Notes: generated by a model not told the origin, from the sequence alone. 64,000 bases of DNA from Actinomycetota bacterium (GCA_040005555.1 JBDTYT010000001.1:148-64147); one strand, 5' to 3'; positions 10,415 through 19,966 are shown, counted from the first letter of the stretch. Numbers and translations: made by a program.

Positions 10415-11100
10415 GCGCGAGTCCCGACGAGGAGCTGGGTGAGGCCGCCACTCAGCTGGATGCGCTCCGCGTCGGCGAACCCCGCCTCGCGGAACATCGT
10501 CAGCATCTCTGTAGGCGGGGGGAGGTAGGCCATCGACCTCGGCAGGTACCGATAGGCAGCGCGATCCGAAAGTGCGCCACCGATGAGCGGTACGACGTGG
10601 TTGAAATACACGCCGTGGCCGGCGCGCATCACGGGATTGTCGGGACGGCTTGCTTCGAGGAACGCCGCACGACCGCCGGGTCGGAGCACGCGAGCCGTCT
10701 CGCGGAACAGGTCGCCGAGGTCGGTCACGTTGCGCATCGCGAACCCGCACGTCGCACCGTCGAGCATCGTGTCCGCGATCGGCAGCCGCAAGATATCGGC
10801 CTCGATCAGCGGGGCCTCCGTGGTGGCGTTCGTGAGCATGCCGTGCGAGAAGTCCACACCGAACGTCCTATATCCGCTGCGCTGCAACTCGGTGCACAGG
10901 TCGCCAGTGCCGCACGCGAGATCGACGACGAGCGCCCCGCCGGTGAGCCGAAGCTCGCGTACCGCACGACGGCGCCAGCCCACGTCCATCCCGAACGTCA
11001 TGACCCGGTTCACGACGTCGTAGCGGCCGGCGATCGTGTCGAACAATCCGCGAACCGCGAGCCGCTTGTCCCGCCCTTCGGGGAGTGGGACCTCGTTCAT
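10411..11100 (-). CDS. menG: demethylmenaquinone methyltransferase (UbiE/MenG family)
   Basis: Begins MNEVPL... with LFDTIAGRYDVVNRVMTFGMDVGWRR and SAM motif VVDLACGTGD. The ORF-track 5' extension (472 aa, Arg-rich) is rejected. Confidence 0.85.
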   Translation of the reverse strand: MNEVPLPEGRDKRLAVRGLFDTIAGRYDVVNRVMTFGMDVGWRRRAVRELRLTGGALVVDLACGTGDLCTELQRSGYRTFGVDFSHGMLTNATTEAPLIEADILRLPIADTMLDGATCGFAMRNVTDLGDLFRETARVLRPGGRAAFLEASRPDNPVMRAGHGVYFNHVVPLIGGALSDRAAYRYLPRSMAYLPPPTEMLTMFREAGFADAERIQLSGGLTQLLVGTRA

Positions 11101-11796
11101 CCCAGGTGTTCCTCGGCGGCGGTGAGCAGCAGCCGGCGAAAATGGCTCGCGACGAGGTTCGTGACCGCCGGCAATAACGTGTCGAACGCTTCCACGAGTT
11201 GTGCGGCCGCCGCTTCCTCCGACGCCGCGGTGTCGCGGATCGGTTTGCGGACATGCTCGTCGAACAGCTCGACCGCGCGACCGGCGAGCGCGGTCATCGC
11301 CTCGTGCGTATCGCGCGCGAGTGCGAGCAGCTCCCCGAGCGGCAAGCCGAACTCGAGCAGCCGTAGCGCGCCGCGCACCATCTCGATATCGGTGGCCGTG
11401 TATCGCTCTTGGCCGTCGAGCTCGACGCCGAACCGGATGCCCTCGCGCTCCACGGCCTGGATCAACGAAGCGGGGACGCCGCTCCGTTGCGCGAACTCGT
11501 CGAGCCCGAGCAGCTCCTCTTCGGTGGTGTCCCCTCGTGCCGCCGCGACGGCCGCAGCGAGGTCGGCATCGGGCTTGCGGAGGTCCCCCTCCACGACCCG
11601 CTTGATCGCCGCGAGCGTCAATCCCTTGCGCTGGAGACCGCGAACGTCGCGGATGCGCTCGATGTGCTCGGGTCCGTACCACGCGACCCGACCCTCTCGG
11701 ACCGGCGGCTCGAGGAGCCCTCGGGATTGGTAGTAGCGCACGGTGTCCACAGAGATTTCGCACGCCGCGGCGAGTTGCTCCACGCGGTATCTCACG
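11097..11796 (-). CDS. MerR-family transcriptional regulator with tandem MerR-type HTH domains
   Basis: First HTH (YRVEQLAAACEISVDTVRYYQSRGLL); second MerR-like segment (LDEFAQRSGVPASLIQAVEREGI). Start assigned to the GTG near 11796; ATG/GTG not resolved. Confidence 0.65.
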
Positions 11797-11851
11797 ACCG
11801 ATAACTCTACGAGTCCGCGCTCGGAGCATCCAAGCGCGACGCGCCGAGCCG

Positions 11852-12610
11852 CTAGATCCGCTGCGAGGCCGCCGTCAGGAGCGAGCAGTCCTGCTTCGCC
11901 ACGATCCACACAACCGCGTGGTCGGCAGGTTGATCGGCCCCCGGGCTCTGGATGAACACCCCCAGGTAGGCCGGCGTGCCTTGGAATTTCGCCTCGATGA
12001 GCTCCACCAACGTACTGGATGCGGAGAACTCTGCGCCGCTCTGCTTCAGGCAGCCGAGGGCACGATCTCCGGCCGCCGCCAACGCCGACTCGGTAGAGCC
12101 GCTGTCGGCCGCGCTGGCGCTTTCCTTCGTGGCGCTCGCGGCGGACTTCGCGAGCGCCTGCACGGAGTCGGCGTTGTAGTCCTGGTTGCGCCGCTCGAGC
12201 CCGACGAAGCCTTGGGGAGCAGGACTCGCGCTCGGCGCGGTCGCCGCGCCGCCTTCGAAGGGAGACGACGCTCGTTGCTGATCGCCGCCGCCCAGGTGCG
12301 GAAGGTTCACGGCGATGAGCAGGACGAGAGCGGCCGCCGCCGCGAACCCGATCGCCCACGGCACCCTGACGAGGCGCGACCCCGCCCGGGGCGTCGTCTG
12401 GGATCGTGCTCTCGCGAGGACCGTCCCCGTGACCCCGAGGGGCACGGGGACCTCGGGAATGGAAGCCAGGCTTGAGACCACGGCGCCGGCGAGCGAGATC
12501 TCCTCGCGGCATCGGGCGCACCCGGGAAGGTGGGCGTCGACGACGGCACGCTCCGAAGGGGAGAGCGTGCCGTCGACGTAGCCGGCGAGGAGCTCCTCGG
12601 GATGGGTCAT
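11852..12610 (-). CDS. zinc-finger (zf-HC2) anti-sigma factor, single-pass membrane protein
   Basis: N-terminal HLPGCARCREE motif, one TM (WAIGFAAAAALVLLIAV), Ala/Ser-rich extracytoplasmic tail. Overlaps the stop of the upstream ECF sigma gene. Confidence 0.65.
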   Translation of the reverse strand: MTHPEELLAGYVDGTLSPSERAVVDAHLPGCARCREEISLAGAVVSSLASIPEVPVPLGVTGTVLARARSQTTPRAGSRLVRVPWAIGFAAAAALVLLIAVNLPHLGGGDQQRASSPFEGGAATAPSASPAPQGFVGLERRNQDYNADSVQALAKSAASATKESASAADSGSTESALAAAGDRALGCLKQSGAEFSASSTLVELIEAKFQGTPAYLGVFIQSPGADQPADHAVVWIVAKQDCSLLTAASQRI

Positions 12611-13218
12611 CGGGGCATCGTTCCCTGAGACGGTCCGGCGGCGTCCGGGCGTTCCCGCAGCTCGGGCGCGGTGAGGCCCATCGCCCGGGCGAGCGCAACA
12701 CGACCTCGGTGCAGGCGCGACTTCACCGTGCCTACCGGCACCCCGACGATGGCGGCGACTTGCTCGTACGGGATGTCCTGGACGTCGTGCAAGATCATCA
12801 CGGTGCGGAAATCCTCGGGCACCTGCAGGAGCGCTCGCTGCACGTCGATCGACAGATCGGAGCTCTCGGCATGGTCACGTGCCGGGGGCGGCTCGGGTCC
12901 CCGCTCGCGCTCGTCTGATCCACGGTCGAGGAGCGGGGCACGCTGGCGCTTGCGGAGCAGGTCGTAACACGCGTTCACGGTCACGCGATGCATCCAGGTC
13001 GTGAAGGCGGCTTCGCCTCGGAAGGACGAGAGCTTGCGCAGCGCGGTGAGAAAGGCGTCCTGCGTCGCATCGCGGGCGTCCTCTTCCCGGCCGGTCATGC
13101 GGAGGGCGAGGTTGTACATGCGCCGTTCGTGTCGCTCGACGAGGGTGCCGAATGCCCCCGCGTCGCCGGACAGGAACCGCCGGACGAGGTTCTCGTCCGG
13201 CTCGTCCCGGTCAGGCAT
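12607..13218 (-). CDS. ECF RNA polymerase sigma factor (SigM-like by position)
   Basis: Sigma-70 region 2 (ERRMYNLALRMTGREEDARDATQDAFL) and region 4 (DFRTVMILHDVQDIPYEQVAAIVGVPVGTVKSRLHRGR). Confidence 0.85.
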   Translation of the reverse strand: MPDRDEPDENLVRRFLSGDAGAFGTLVERHERRMYNLALRMTGREEDARDATQDAFLTALRKLSSFRGEAAFTTWMHRVTVNACYDLLRKRQRAPLLDRGSDERERGPEPPPARDHAESSDLSIDVQRALLQVPEDFRTVMILHDVQDIPYEQVAAIVGVPVGTVKSRLHRGRVALARAMGLTAPELRERPDAAGPSQGTMPR

Positions 13219-14632
13219 CGCGGCCGAGCACCTTGAACTCGGAGATCTCGGCGCGGTTGCCGTCGCCCGTTGGGACCACCGAGGTCATCCACACCATGAC
13301 GTACCGCCCGGTCACGGGTTCGATCGCACCGCGGGTCAGCGTCGAAGAGACGTAGCTCCGGCCGCCGGGGTCGGCAAGCGCCGCGAGGTCGTCGCCGACA
13401 GCCACCGTGAACGAGTATCCGGGGTGGGGTGTCTCGAGCCGGAACCCCGTGACGAGCCGGTCCGTGCCGAGGTCGAATACGAGGCCCACGCCTGGCTTGT
13501 TGAAGCGTCCGTCGAAGTAGTTCTCGGATCGCCACGCGGTCGCATCGTTCCCGTCGATCGCCGCTCCCACGCCGCTGTCGTTCTCGCTGCCGTCGCCGAA
13601 CGGATCTGCGGTCGTGACGGCGGAAACAGCGAGCACGCCGACCGTCGGCGGGGAAGGAGACTCCGCGGGAGCCGCCCGGATACCGAGCGGACCCCCGACC
13701 TCGAGGGTGCCGACGAACAGACCGATCGCGATCACGATCGCAGCGGTGACCAAGATGCCGGCGGGCACCAGCACCCAGGTCGCGAGCCATGAACGTGCCG
13801 GTGGCTGCGCGGGTGGCGTCGTGCCAGATCCGGAGTTCCCTGGTCCCTGCCGTCCGTGGGGCTCGAGCGCGCGAGCGAACGCAGCGGTCGTCGCGAAGCG
13901 ATCCGACGGCTCGGCCGCGAGGGCCCGCCTGACGGCCAGGTCGACCGGTCTGGGGACCCCCCGTTCCACTGCCCGAGGACCGGCCGTCGTGGACGGCGGC
14001 GGAGTGCCGGTGAGCATCTCGTATAGAAGGGCACCCGCCTCGTGGATGTCGGTACGGGCATCCGGCGGGGATCCGGCGATGAGCTCAGGAGGCTGCGCCC
14101 GCTTGCCGAGGCGCGATGAAGCTTCGGCGGCGGCCTGAGTCGCGAAGACGGCCGGAGCGAACGCGCTCCCGTCCAGGAGCACTCGATCGTCATCGGCAAG
14201 GAGGACCGTCTCAGGTCGCACATCGAGATGCAGCAAGCCGTGATCGTGGAGGGCTTCGAGGGCGAGGAGAACGGAGACGGTGATCGCCACCGCCTGATCG
14301 GGGGCCAAGCGCTCAGCTCGCGTCAGACGATCTCGGAGCGTCTGGCCGAGCACGAACTCCCGGACCACGAAGCGCACGCCGTCGTGCGTCCCGGTGTCGA
14401 GGAGACGGGTGAGGTGCGGATCCGAGATACGAGCGAGCGCCCGAGCAGCCTTCGTCCATCGCTCCACGAACGCCGGATCGTCGCCGAGATCCGGATGGAT
14501 CAGCTCGACGACCACGGTCCGCTGCAGCACGCGATCCGCGGCTCTCCACACGACGCTGACGCCGCTTCGCCCGAGTTCCTTCTCGAGCACGTACCGGTCG
14601 GCCAGCACGGCGGGGATCCGATCGGTCTGCAT
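13211..14632 (-). CDS. Ser/Thr protein kinase-like pseudokinase - TM - extracellular F5/8-type-C (discoidin/CBM-like) domain protein
   Basis: Kinase-fold N-terminus (YVLEKELGRSGVSVVWRA...) with degenerate motifs: VVVELI with no beta3 Lys, HLD in place of HRD, DGS in place of DFG. One TM (LVPAGILVTAAIVIAIGLFV), then a discoidin-like C-terminus (GNDATAWRSENYF...ISEFKVLG). ATG at 14632. Confidence 0.7.
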   Translation of the reverse strand: MQTDRIPAVLADRYVLEKELGRSGVSVVWRAADRVLQRTVVVELIHPDLGDDPAFVERWTKAARALARISDPHLTRLLDTGTHDGVRFVVREFVLGQTLRDRLTRAERLAPDQAVAITVSVLLALEALHDHGLLHLDVRPETVLLADDDRVLLDGSAFAPAVFATQAAAEASSRLGKRAQPPELIAGSPPDARTDIHEAGALLYEMLTGTPPPSTTAGPRAVERGVPRPVDLAVRRALAAEPSDRFATTAAFARALEPHGRQGPGNSGSGTTPPAQPPARSWLATWVLVPAGILVTAAIVIAIGLFVGTLEVGGPLGIRAAPAESPSPPTVGVLAVSAVTTADPFGDGSENDSGVGAAIDGNDATAWRSENYFDGRFNKPGVGLVFDLGTDRLVTGFRLETPHPGYSFTVAVGDDLAALADPGGRSYVSSTLTRGAIEPVTGRYVMVWMTSVVPTGDGNRAEISEFKVLGRDA

Positions 14633-14673
14633 CGAGGCAGTGTATTCCCGCAGGCTGCGGGACCGGCCGAACC

Positions 14674-15081
14674 TCAGGGGACGGTCTCGGAGGTGTCGCT
14701 CGCGGTCGCCCTCGTGTATCCCTTCAGGAACCCGATGCGCCCGGCAAGGAGGGTGGAGACCTTCTTCACCACCGTGACGGTTACCTGCTGCGACTGCGGG
14801 TCGATGGCGAACTGCGTCACCCGCGCGCCCTCGTCCTTGTCCGCGACCGCCGCGAGCGCTGCGTCGAGGGCGCGCCGTCGGTCCCCGCTGCTCTGCAAGA
14901 TGGCCGAGGCCTGGAACGAGGCCTCCTGCGCAGCGTCGGCGACCTTGTATCGCGCCAGGAGGATCTGCGCCGTATCGAAGCCTGCCAGCCCGAGGACGAC
15001 CATCACGGCGAGCCAGATCACGATGATCTTGCCGACCAGCCCACGTTCCGCGCGGATGCCCCCCGTGCGGCGGTCCCTCAT
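14674..15081 (-). CDS. hypothetical small single-TM membrane protein (TadE-like N-terminus?)
   Basis: MRDRRTGGIRAERGLVGKIIVIWLAVMVVLGLAGF... ATG overlaps the murJ stop (ATGA). No firm family assignment. Confidence 0.45.
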   Translation of the reverse strand: MRDRRTGGIRAERGLVGKIIVIWLAVMVVLGLAGFDTAQILLARYKVADAAQEASFQASAILQSSGDRRRALDAALAAVADKDEGARVTQFAIDPQSQQVTVTVVKKVSTLLAGRIGFLKGYTRATASDTSETVP

Positions 15082-16730
15082 CGTCGCCACCTCGCGAGCA
15101 GATGTCGTCTGACGGAATCGACCTCTTCCATCTGCAAGATACGCGCCGCGAGGGCGAACACCAGCAGCCCGGCCGCGACCGCGGCGAGCACCTGTGCCGC
15201 GGCTCCTGCGAGCTGCGTGGGATCGACGACGTGCGCCATCGTTCGAGCGACGACCCACGCGGCTCCGCCGGTCGCGAGCGCGGCGGCGAAGGCCCGCCCG
15301 ACGCTCGGCCACACGTGTTTGCCGTCGAGCCCGCCGAGGCGCCGTCGCAGCAGCACGAGTGCCGCGATCGACGCGAAGGTGTATGCCGTAGCGTGGCCGA
15401 GCGCGAGCCCTCGAACACCGAGATGGAACGTGAAGAAGTACAGGAAGTTGACGGCAGTGTTCAGACCGACGGCGGCGACATTGATCAGGGCAGGCGTGCG
15501 CGTGTCCTGCATCGAGTAGAAGGCCCGAAGCAGGAGTTGGAACAAGGAGAACGGGAACAGCCCGATCGCGAAGAACGCCAAGATGTCTCCGACGAGTTCC
15601 CCGCTCGCCGGGCCGGTCAGCCCGTGCTCGAGGAGGAGACGGACGATCTCACGCCCGAGGACGATGTAGCCGAGGGCAGCCGGTAGCAAGATCGCGGCAG
15701 TCGTGCGGATCCCTTGCGACAGCAACGCGCGAAAGCCCGCGACGTCGCTCTCGGTCCATCGACTCGACATCGCCGGGAGCAACGCCGTGAAGATCGAGAC
15801 GGCGAAGATCGCGTGCGGCAGCTGGAACACGATGAAGGCTGCCGCGTACGCTGTGTAGCCTCCTCGGATCGGCGTCGCCAGCACGAGGATCACCAGGTAT
15901 CCGACCTGGTTCGCCACCACGTAGACCACGACCCATTTCGCCAGGTGCGCGATGCGCACCACGGCCGGATGGCCGAATCCGGTTCGCCACCGGAATCGGA
16001 ACCCCACGCCTCGGACCGCCGGCCACAGCGCCACGGTCATCCCCACCACTCCGAGCGTCGTCCCGATGGCGAGCACCAGCTTCTGGGCCCCGCTGACGAG
16101 CAAGGCCGAGCCCGCGGCCGGACCTGGCAGCTGCGCGAAGACGATGAACGTGGCGATCACGAGCAGGTTGTTGAGGATCGGGGCGAACATCGGGGCGGCG
16201 AACCGACGGTGCGCGTTCAGCAAACCACCTGCAACCGCGCCGATCCCGTAGAACACGATCTGCGGCATGAACCAGCGCAGGAAGAAGGTCGAAAGGGCTT
16301 GGGTCGCCGCTCGGTCGTGTTCGAGCCGGATCGTGTAGAGACGGATGATCCACGGGGCGAACACGATGGCGAGCACGGCGATCGACGTCAGCGTGATGAT
16401 CGCGAGCGTGAACATCCTGCGCGCGACGTCCCAGGCTTCGTCTCGTCCCTTCGTCTGAAGCCACTCGACGAACACCGGTACGAACACGGACGACAAGATC
16501 CCGCCGAGCGCGAGCTCGTAGATGATGTTCGGCGTGATGTTCGCGATGTTGTACGCATCGGCGAGACGCGTTTCGGTGACGCCGATCGCGTAGGTCATCG
16601 CGGCCAGCCGTAGGAACCCCGTGAGGCGTGAGAGCGCGGTCCCGACCGACATCAGCGTCGTGTTGCGAAGGAACGCCGACGCCGAGTCTTCCGGCGCGGT
16701 CTCGGAGGCCTCGGGGGGTTCCGGTGTCAC
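15078..16730 (-). CDS. murJ: lipid II flippase MurJ (MviN)
   Basis: ~14-TM MOP-superfamily protein (LSRLTGFLRLAAMTYAIG...NIANITPNIIYELALGGILSSVFVP). GTG start overlaps the upstream stop. Position matches mviN beside sigM. Confidence 0.85.
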   Translation of the reverse strand: MTPEPPEASETAPEDSASAFLRNTTLMSVGTALSRLTGFLRLAAMTYAIGVTETRLADAYNIANITPNIIYELALGGILSSVFVPVFVEWLQTKGRDEAWDVARRMFTLAIITLTSIAVLAIVFAPWIIRLYTIRLEHDRAATQALSTFFLRWFMPQIVFYGIGAVAGGLLNAHRRFAAPMFAPILNNLLVIATFIVFAQLPGPAAGSALLVSGAQKLVLAIGTTLGVVGMTVALWPAVRGVGFRFRWRTGFGHPAVVRIAHLAKWVVVYVVANQVGYLVILVLATPIRGGYTAYAAAFIVFQLPHAIFAVSIFTALLPAMSSRWTESDVAGFRALLSQGIRTTAAILLPAALGYIVLGREIVRLLLEHGLTGPASGELVGDILAFFAIGLFPFSLFQLLLRAFYSMQDTRTPALINVAAVGLNTAVNFLYFFTFHLGVRGLALGHATAYTFASIAALVLLRRRLGGLDGKHVWPSVGRAFAAALATGGAAWVVARTMAHVVDPTQLAGAAAQVLAAVAAGLLVFALAARILQMEEVDSVRRHLLARWRR

Positions 16731-18769
16731 GACGTCCGACGTGGCAAGAACCTCCTCGCCCAGGCCAGGAGCAAGACCAACGCCGCTCCGATCGTGATGA
16801 TGAGGGCGATCCGGTTGTAGCGCGTCGACCGGACGATGAGCGTGGACTCGCCGATCACCCGGCCGCTCGGAGATTCGACCTGTACCTGCACGGGGAAGCG
16901 ACCATTCGTCTTCAGGTCGACGTCGAAGAACAGCGTCTGCGTGGCGGATGGCTGCAGGACGACCGTGTCGCTCGGCGAGGACAAGAGGTGTTGCGAAACG
17001 AGCTGGACCTTCACGCGCAACGCGCGATCACCTTCGTTGGTCACATGGACCGGGATCCGGCTCCCGGAACGAGCCGTCAGCGTCACCACTTGGCCGGTGT
17101 CGGGCCGGACGGCCCCGAACACGGCACTGAGCTGATCGCGCACCGCGCGGATGAACGCGAGCCCCGCGGTCGGGTTGATGAGGAAGTCGTTCGACTCGGC
17201 CAGCAAGAGGTAGGTGTCGAAACGATTAGGGTCGGTGCTTTGGTCAACGACCATGGAGCGGTAGATGTCGATGCGTCGACGAGCCTGCTTGAGCTCATCG
17301 ACATACGTGTCGCTGAAACGGGAAACCGAAGGAGCCGCGAGCGCCGAGGGGAGGCCGGGCGGCGGGAAGTCGGCGGCGAGCTCCGTCGCACGCGTCGGGC
17401 GGAGCCACGGTGCGGTCGCCACGTCTCTCGCGAACGCGGCGTAGAAGCCTCCGGGGAGGCGCAGCGCCTCGGAGAGCGTGACCGCGATGCCGCGTACATC
17501 GCTCGGACGCTCCTGCCAGATGATGGCGAGTTCGCCGAGCGCCGCCTGGGCGCCTCGCACCGGATCGTCGAAGACGAACGGCTGCGCGATCAGCGCCGCC
17601 ACCGACTGGTCGGGCACGATCGCGACCGTCGGCCGAGCCGGTGACCCAACGGTCGCAGCGGGCGGCAACGCGAATCCGAGCGGATCCGGCGTCGTCGCGA
17701 CCGACCCGGCGTCGAGCATGAGGACGCTGACGCCTCGGGCGGTGAGATCGCTCAGCGTTGCGTCGTCGACCGCCGAGCGCGGCGGCCGAAGGATCGCGGG
17801 GGAAGGGTTCACCTTGAGGAACGACGCCGCGACTTGCGTCCCTCGATCGAGCTGCACGTTCAGGTCCCTGGAGAGCCCCCCGGCCACGAGCGAGGGAAGC
17901 TGGGGGCCCGAGAACGGCATGGCGGACAGCTCGACGCCGGGCGCGGCCGCGATGCGTGCGAGCTGTGCCAGAGCGTCCGCGGCGAGGGCGGACCCTGCCT
18001 TGCCTTGCTCAACCGTGCGTGATCGACCGTTCTCGAGGACCGTGTACCCGGCCCGCATCCTTCCGAGTTGGGTGAGCAGCACCGGGGAGACGACGACGTC
18101 GACCGGGACGTCGGAGGGATCCTCGATCAGCAGAGACAAGGCTCGCAGCTGCCCAGCAAGCCGGCCGCCAGGCTCGAGCGAGCTCTCGAGGGCCGTGGAG
18201 GTGAACACCCCGTCGGGGCCGAATGCGATCGGTTCGGAGAGCACGAAGGTCCACGCGAGGCGGATCGGGACCTCTGGCTGACGGACGAGGAAGATCACCG
18301 GCGATCGAAGCGCGACCACCGGGACCCCATGGCTCCGCAGGTCGAGCTTCAGCGGGTAGATCCCCGATTGCGAGGCGTCGATACCCGGGAACGTGAGATC
18401 GAGGACCAGCTCGAACGCGCGCGTCCCGCCTGCCGCGATCTGGCCGTCGCGCGGCAGCGTTTCGGCATCGATGATGATCGCCGGGCTCGGGTCGGTGACG
18501 AGGGACTGTTCGTACTGCGTTCGCGTGATCACTCGGCCGTACAGCGCGAGCCCGATCGACAGGTCCTCGATGGGAGTGGAGCCGGTGTTCTGGGCTGTGA
18601 AGCGTAGGTCGAGCTGGGTCTGGTCGGGCGAATTCCACGGCGTCTGGAAGCTCAGGCGCATCGCGATCGGGCTCGGCTCTTGTGCGAGAGCCCTCGGCGC
18701 GGGCAAGAGAAGGAGCGTGGACGAGGCGAGGAGGACCCTGACGAGCCGGTGCATGATCGGCCGGGCCAT
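16727..18769 (-). CDS. conserved secreted/membrane-anchored hypothetical protein (Rv3909-like; recalled as DUF6049, unverified)
   Basis: Signal peptide (MARPIMHRLVRVLLASSTLLLLPAPRALA), ~640-aa extracytoplasmic region, C-terminal TM (IALIITIGAALVLLLAW). Lies upstream of murJ like Rv3909 in Mtb. The ORF-track N-terminal extension is rejected. Confidence 0.6.
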   Translation of the reverse strand: MARPIMHRLVRVLLASSTLLLLPAPRALAQEPSPIAMRLSFQTPWNSPDQTQLDLRFTAQNTGSTPIEDLSIGLALYGRVITRTQYEQSLVTDPSPAIIIDAETLPRDGQIAAGGTRAFELVLDLTFPGIDASQSGIYPLKLDLRSHGVPVVALRSPVIFLVRQPEVPIRLAWTFVLSEPIAFGPDGVFTSTALESSLEPGGRLAGQLRALSLLIEDPSDVPVDVVVSPVLLTQLGRMRAGYTVLENGRSRTVEQGKAGSALAADALAQLARIAAAPGVELSAMPFSGPQLPSLVAGGLSRDLNVQLDRGTQVAASFLKVNPSPAILRPPRSAVDDATLSDLTARGVSVLMLDAGSVATTPDPLGFALPPAATVGSPARPTVAIVPDQSVAALIAQPFVFDDPVRGAQAALGELAIIWQERPSDVRGIAVTLSEALRLPGGFYAAFARDVATAPWLRPTRATELAADFPPPGLPSALAAPSVSRFSDTYVDELKQARRRIDIYRSMVVDQSTDPNRFDTYLLLAESNDFLINPTAGLAFIRAVRDQLSAVFGAVRPDTGQVVTLTARSGSRIPVHVTNEGDRALRVKVQLVSQHLLSSPSDTVVLQPSATQTLFFDVDLKTNGRFPVQVQVESPSGRVIGESTLIVRSTRYNRIALIITIGAALVLLLAWARRFLPRRTS

Positions 18770-18770
18770 C

Positions 18771-19544
18771 CTACCCCTGGCTTCCAGCCATGAACGCGAT
18801 CTCTCGGGCGCCGTACAGCACCGCGACCGCGAACAGGAACGAGCCGACCGCGAGGCGCAGCGTCCGGTCGCGAGCACCGAGCGCGATCTTCGCGCCGATC
18901 AGCGCGCCGGGGACGACGCCAGCCGCGAGCGCGAGGAAGATCGCCCAGTCGATGTGGCCGAGTGCCCAGTGCACGATCGTCCCGGGGACGACGAGCGCCG
19001 AGATCACCACCAGCGAGGTCCCGAGCGCGCGCTTGAGCGGCATGCCGAGCAGCGTCGTGAACGCCGGCACCATGACGATGCCCCCGCCGACGCCCAGGAG
19101 GCCGGACACGAACCCCGCCACGAGGCCGACGGTGGCGTAGTGCCATCCCGGCGTCGCGCCGCGCTCACGGACCGGCGCCTGTCGGCTGCGCACGACCTGC
19201 CACGCGGTCCACAGAAGCAGGACGGCCAGCGCGAGCAAGAGCCAGTGCGGGTTGACGACATCACTGAGGGCGGCGCCGGCCGCCGCGCCGGCCATCCCCG
19301 GTGGTGAGGCCCAGGCCACCGCCCGCCAGCTCACCTCCCCGGCGCGGTGGTACGTATACGCGCCGACGAGGGACGTCGGGAAGATCACCGGGAGCGGTGT
19401 CGCGATCGCCTGGATCGCCGTTCCACCGAGCAGTACGTCGACCGCCGGAGTTGTGACCGTCCCGCCGCCGACGCCGAAGAGACCGGACAAGATCCCGGCT
19501 CCGAACCCCACCAGGACCCCCAGGGCAGCCTGCCAGGCGCTCAT
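18771..19544 (-). CDS. TSUP/TauE/SafE family sulfite/anion exporter
   Basis: Two-repeat 8-TM protein with paired GxGGG motifs (GILSGLFGVGGGTVTTP and GFVSGLLGVGGGIVMVP). ATG overlaps the NUDIX stop. Confidence 0.8.
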   Translation of the reverse strand: MSAWQAALGVLVGFGAGILSGLFGVGGGTVTTPAVDVLLGGTAIQAIATPLPVIFPTSLVGAYTYHRAGEVSWRAVAWASPPGMAGAAAGAALSDVVNPHWLLLALAVLLLWTAWQVVRSRQAPVRERGATPGWHYATVGLVAGFVSGLLGVGGGIVMVPAFTTLLGMPLKRALGTSLVVISALVVPGTIVHWALGHIDWAIFLALAAGVVPGALIGAKIALGARDRTLRLAVGSFLFAVAVLYGAREIAFMAGSQG

Positions 19545-19966
19545 ACCAAACGGTCTTTCGCGCGACGAAGGATCTCGCGCTCGCCCTTGTAGGCAGCTCG
19601 CCGCATCGAGCCCGCGAGCGGGAACCAGCGGACATCCTCCATCTCGTCGTCGTGCGCGGTGATGTCGCCGCCGGTCGCTCGCATCAGGTAGAAGTGCACG
19701 GCTTTGCGAACGCGCACACCCTCCCACACGTAGAAATAGCGGATCTCGCCGAGGTCCTCTTCGATCTCGGCCTCCAGCCCCGTTTCCTCGCGCACCTCGC
19801 GCAGGGCCGCGGCCTCGTGGGACTCCTCCTCGTCGATGCCGCCCTTCGGCAATCCCCAAACGAGGTCGCCCTTGCGGGTGCGCCGGGCCGCAAGGGCGAT
19901 CTCGATGTTCCCGCCCTCGCGCCGGAAAACGACGCCTCCCGCCGAGACCTCCGAACGCGTCTCCAT
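19541..19966 (-). CDS. NUDIX hydrolase (MutT4-like by position)
   Basis: Nudix box GLPKGGIDEEESHEAAALREVREETGL. Confidence 0.8.
   Translation of the reverse strand: METRSEVSAGGVVFRREGGNIEIALAARRTRKGDLVWGLPKGGIDEEESHEAAALREVREETGLEAEIEEDLGEIRYFYVWEGVRVRKAVHFYLMRATGGDITAHDDEMEDVRWFPLAGSMRRAAYKGEREILRRAKDRLV

Noticed and set aside
10411-11829. ORF-track 472-aa version of menG with a long N-terminal extension; similar 5' extensions for cca, murJ neighbour, PAC2, M24 and YcaQ genes
   Set aside because: The extensions are Arg/Gly-rich and would overlap upstream genes. Conserved protein families begin at internal ATG/GTG codons with RBS-like context, so shorter boundaries were used.
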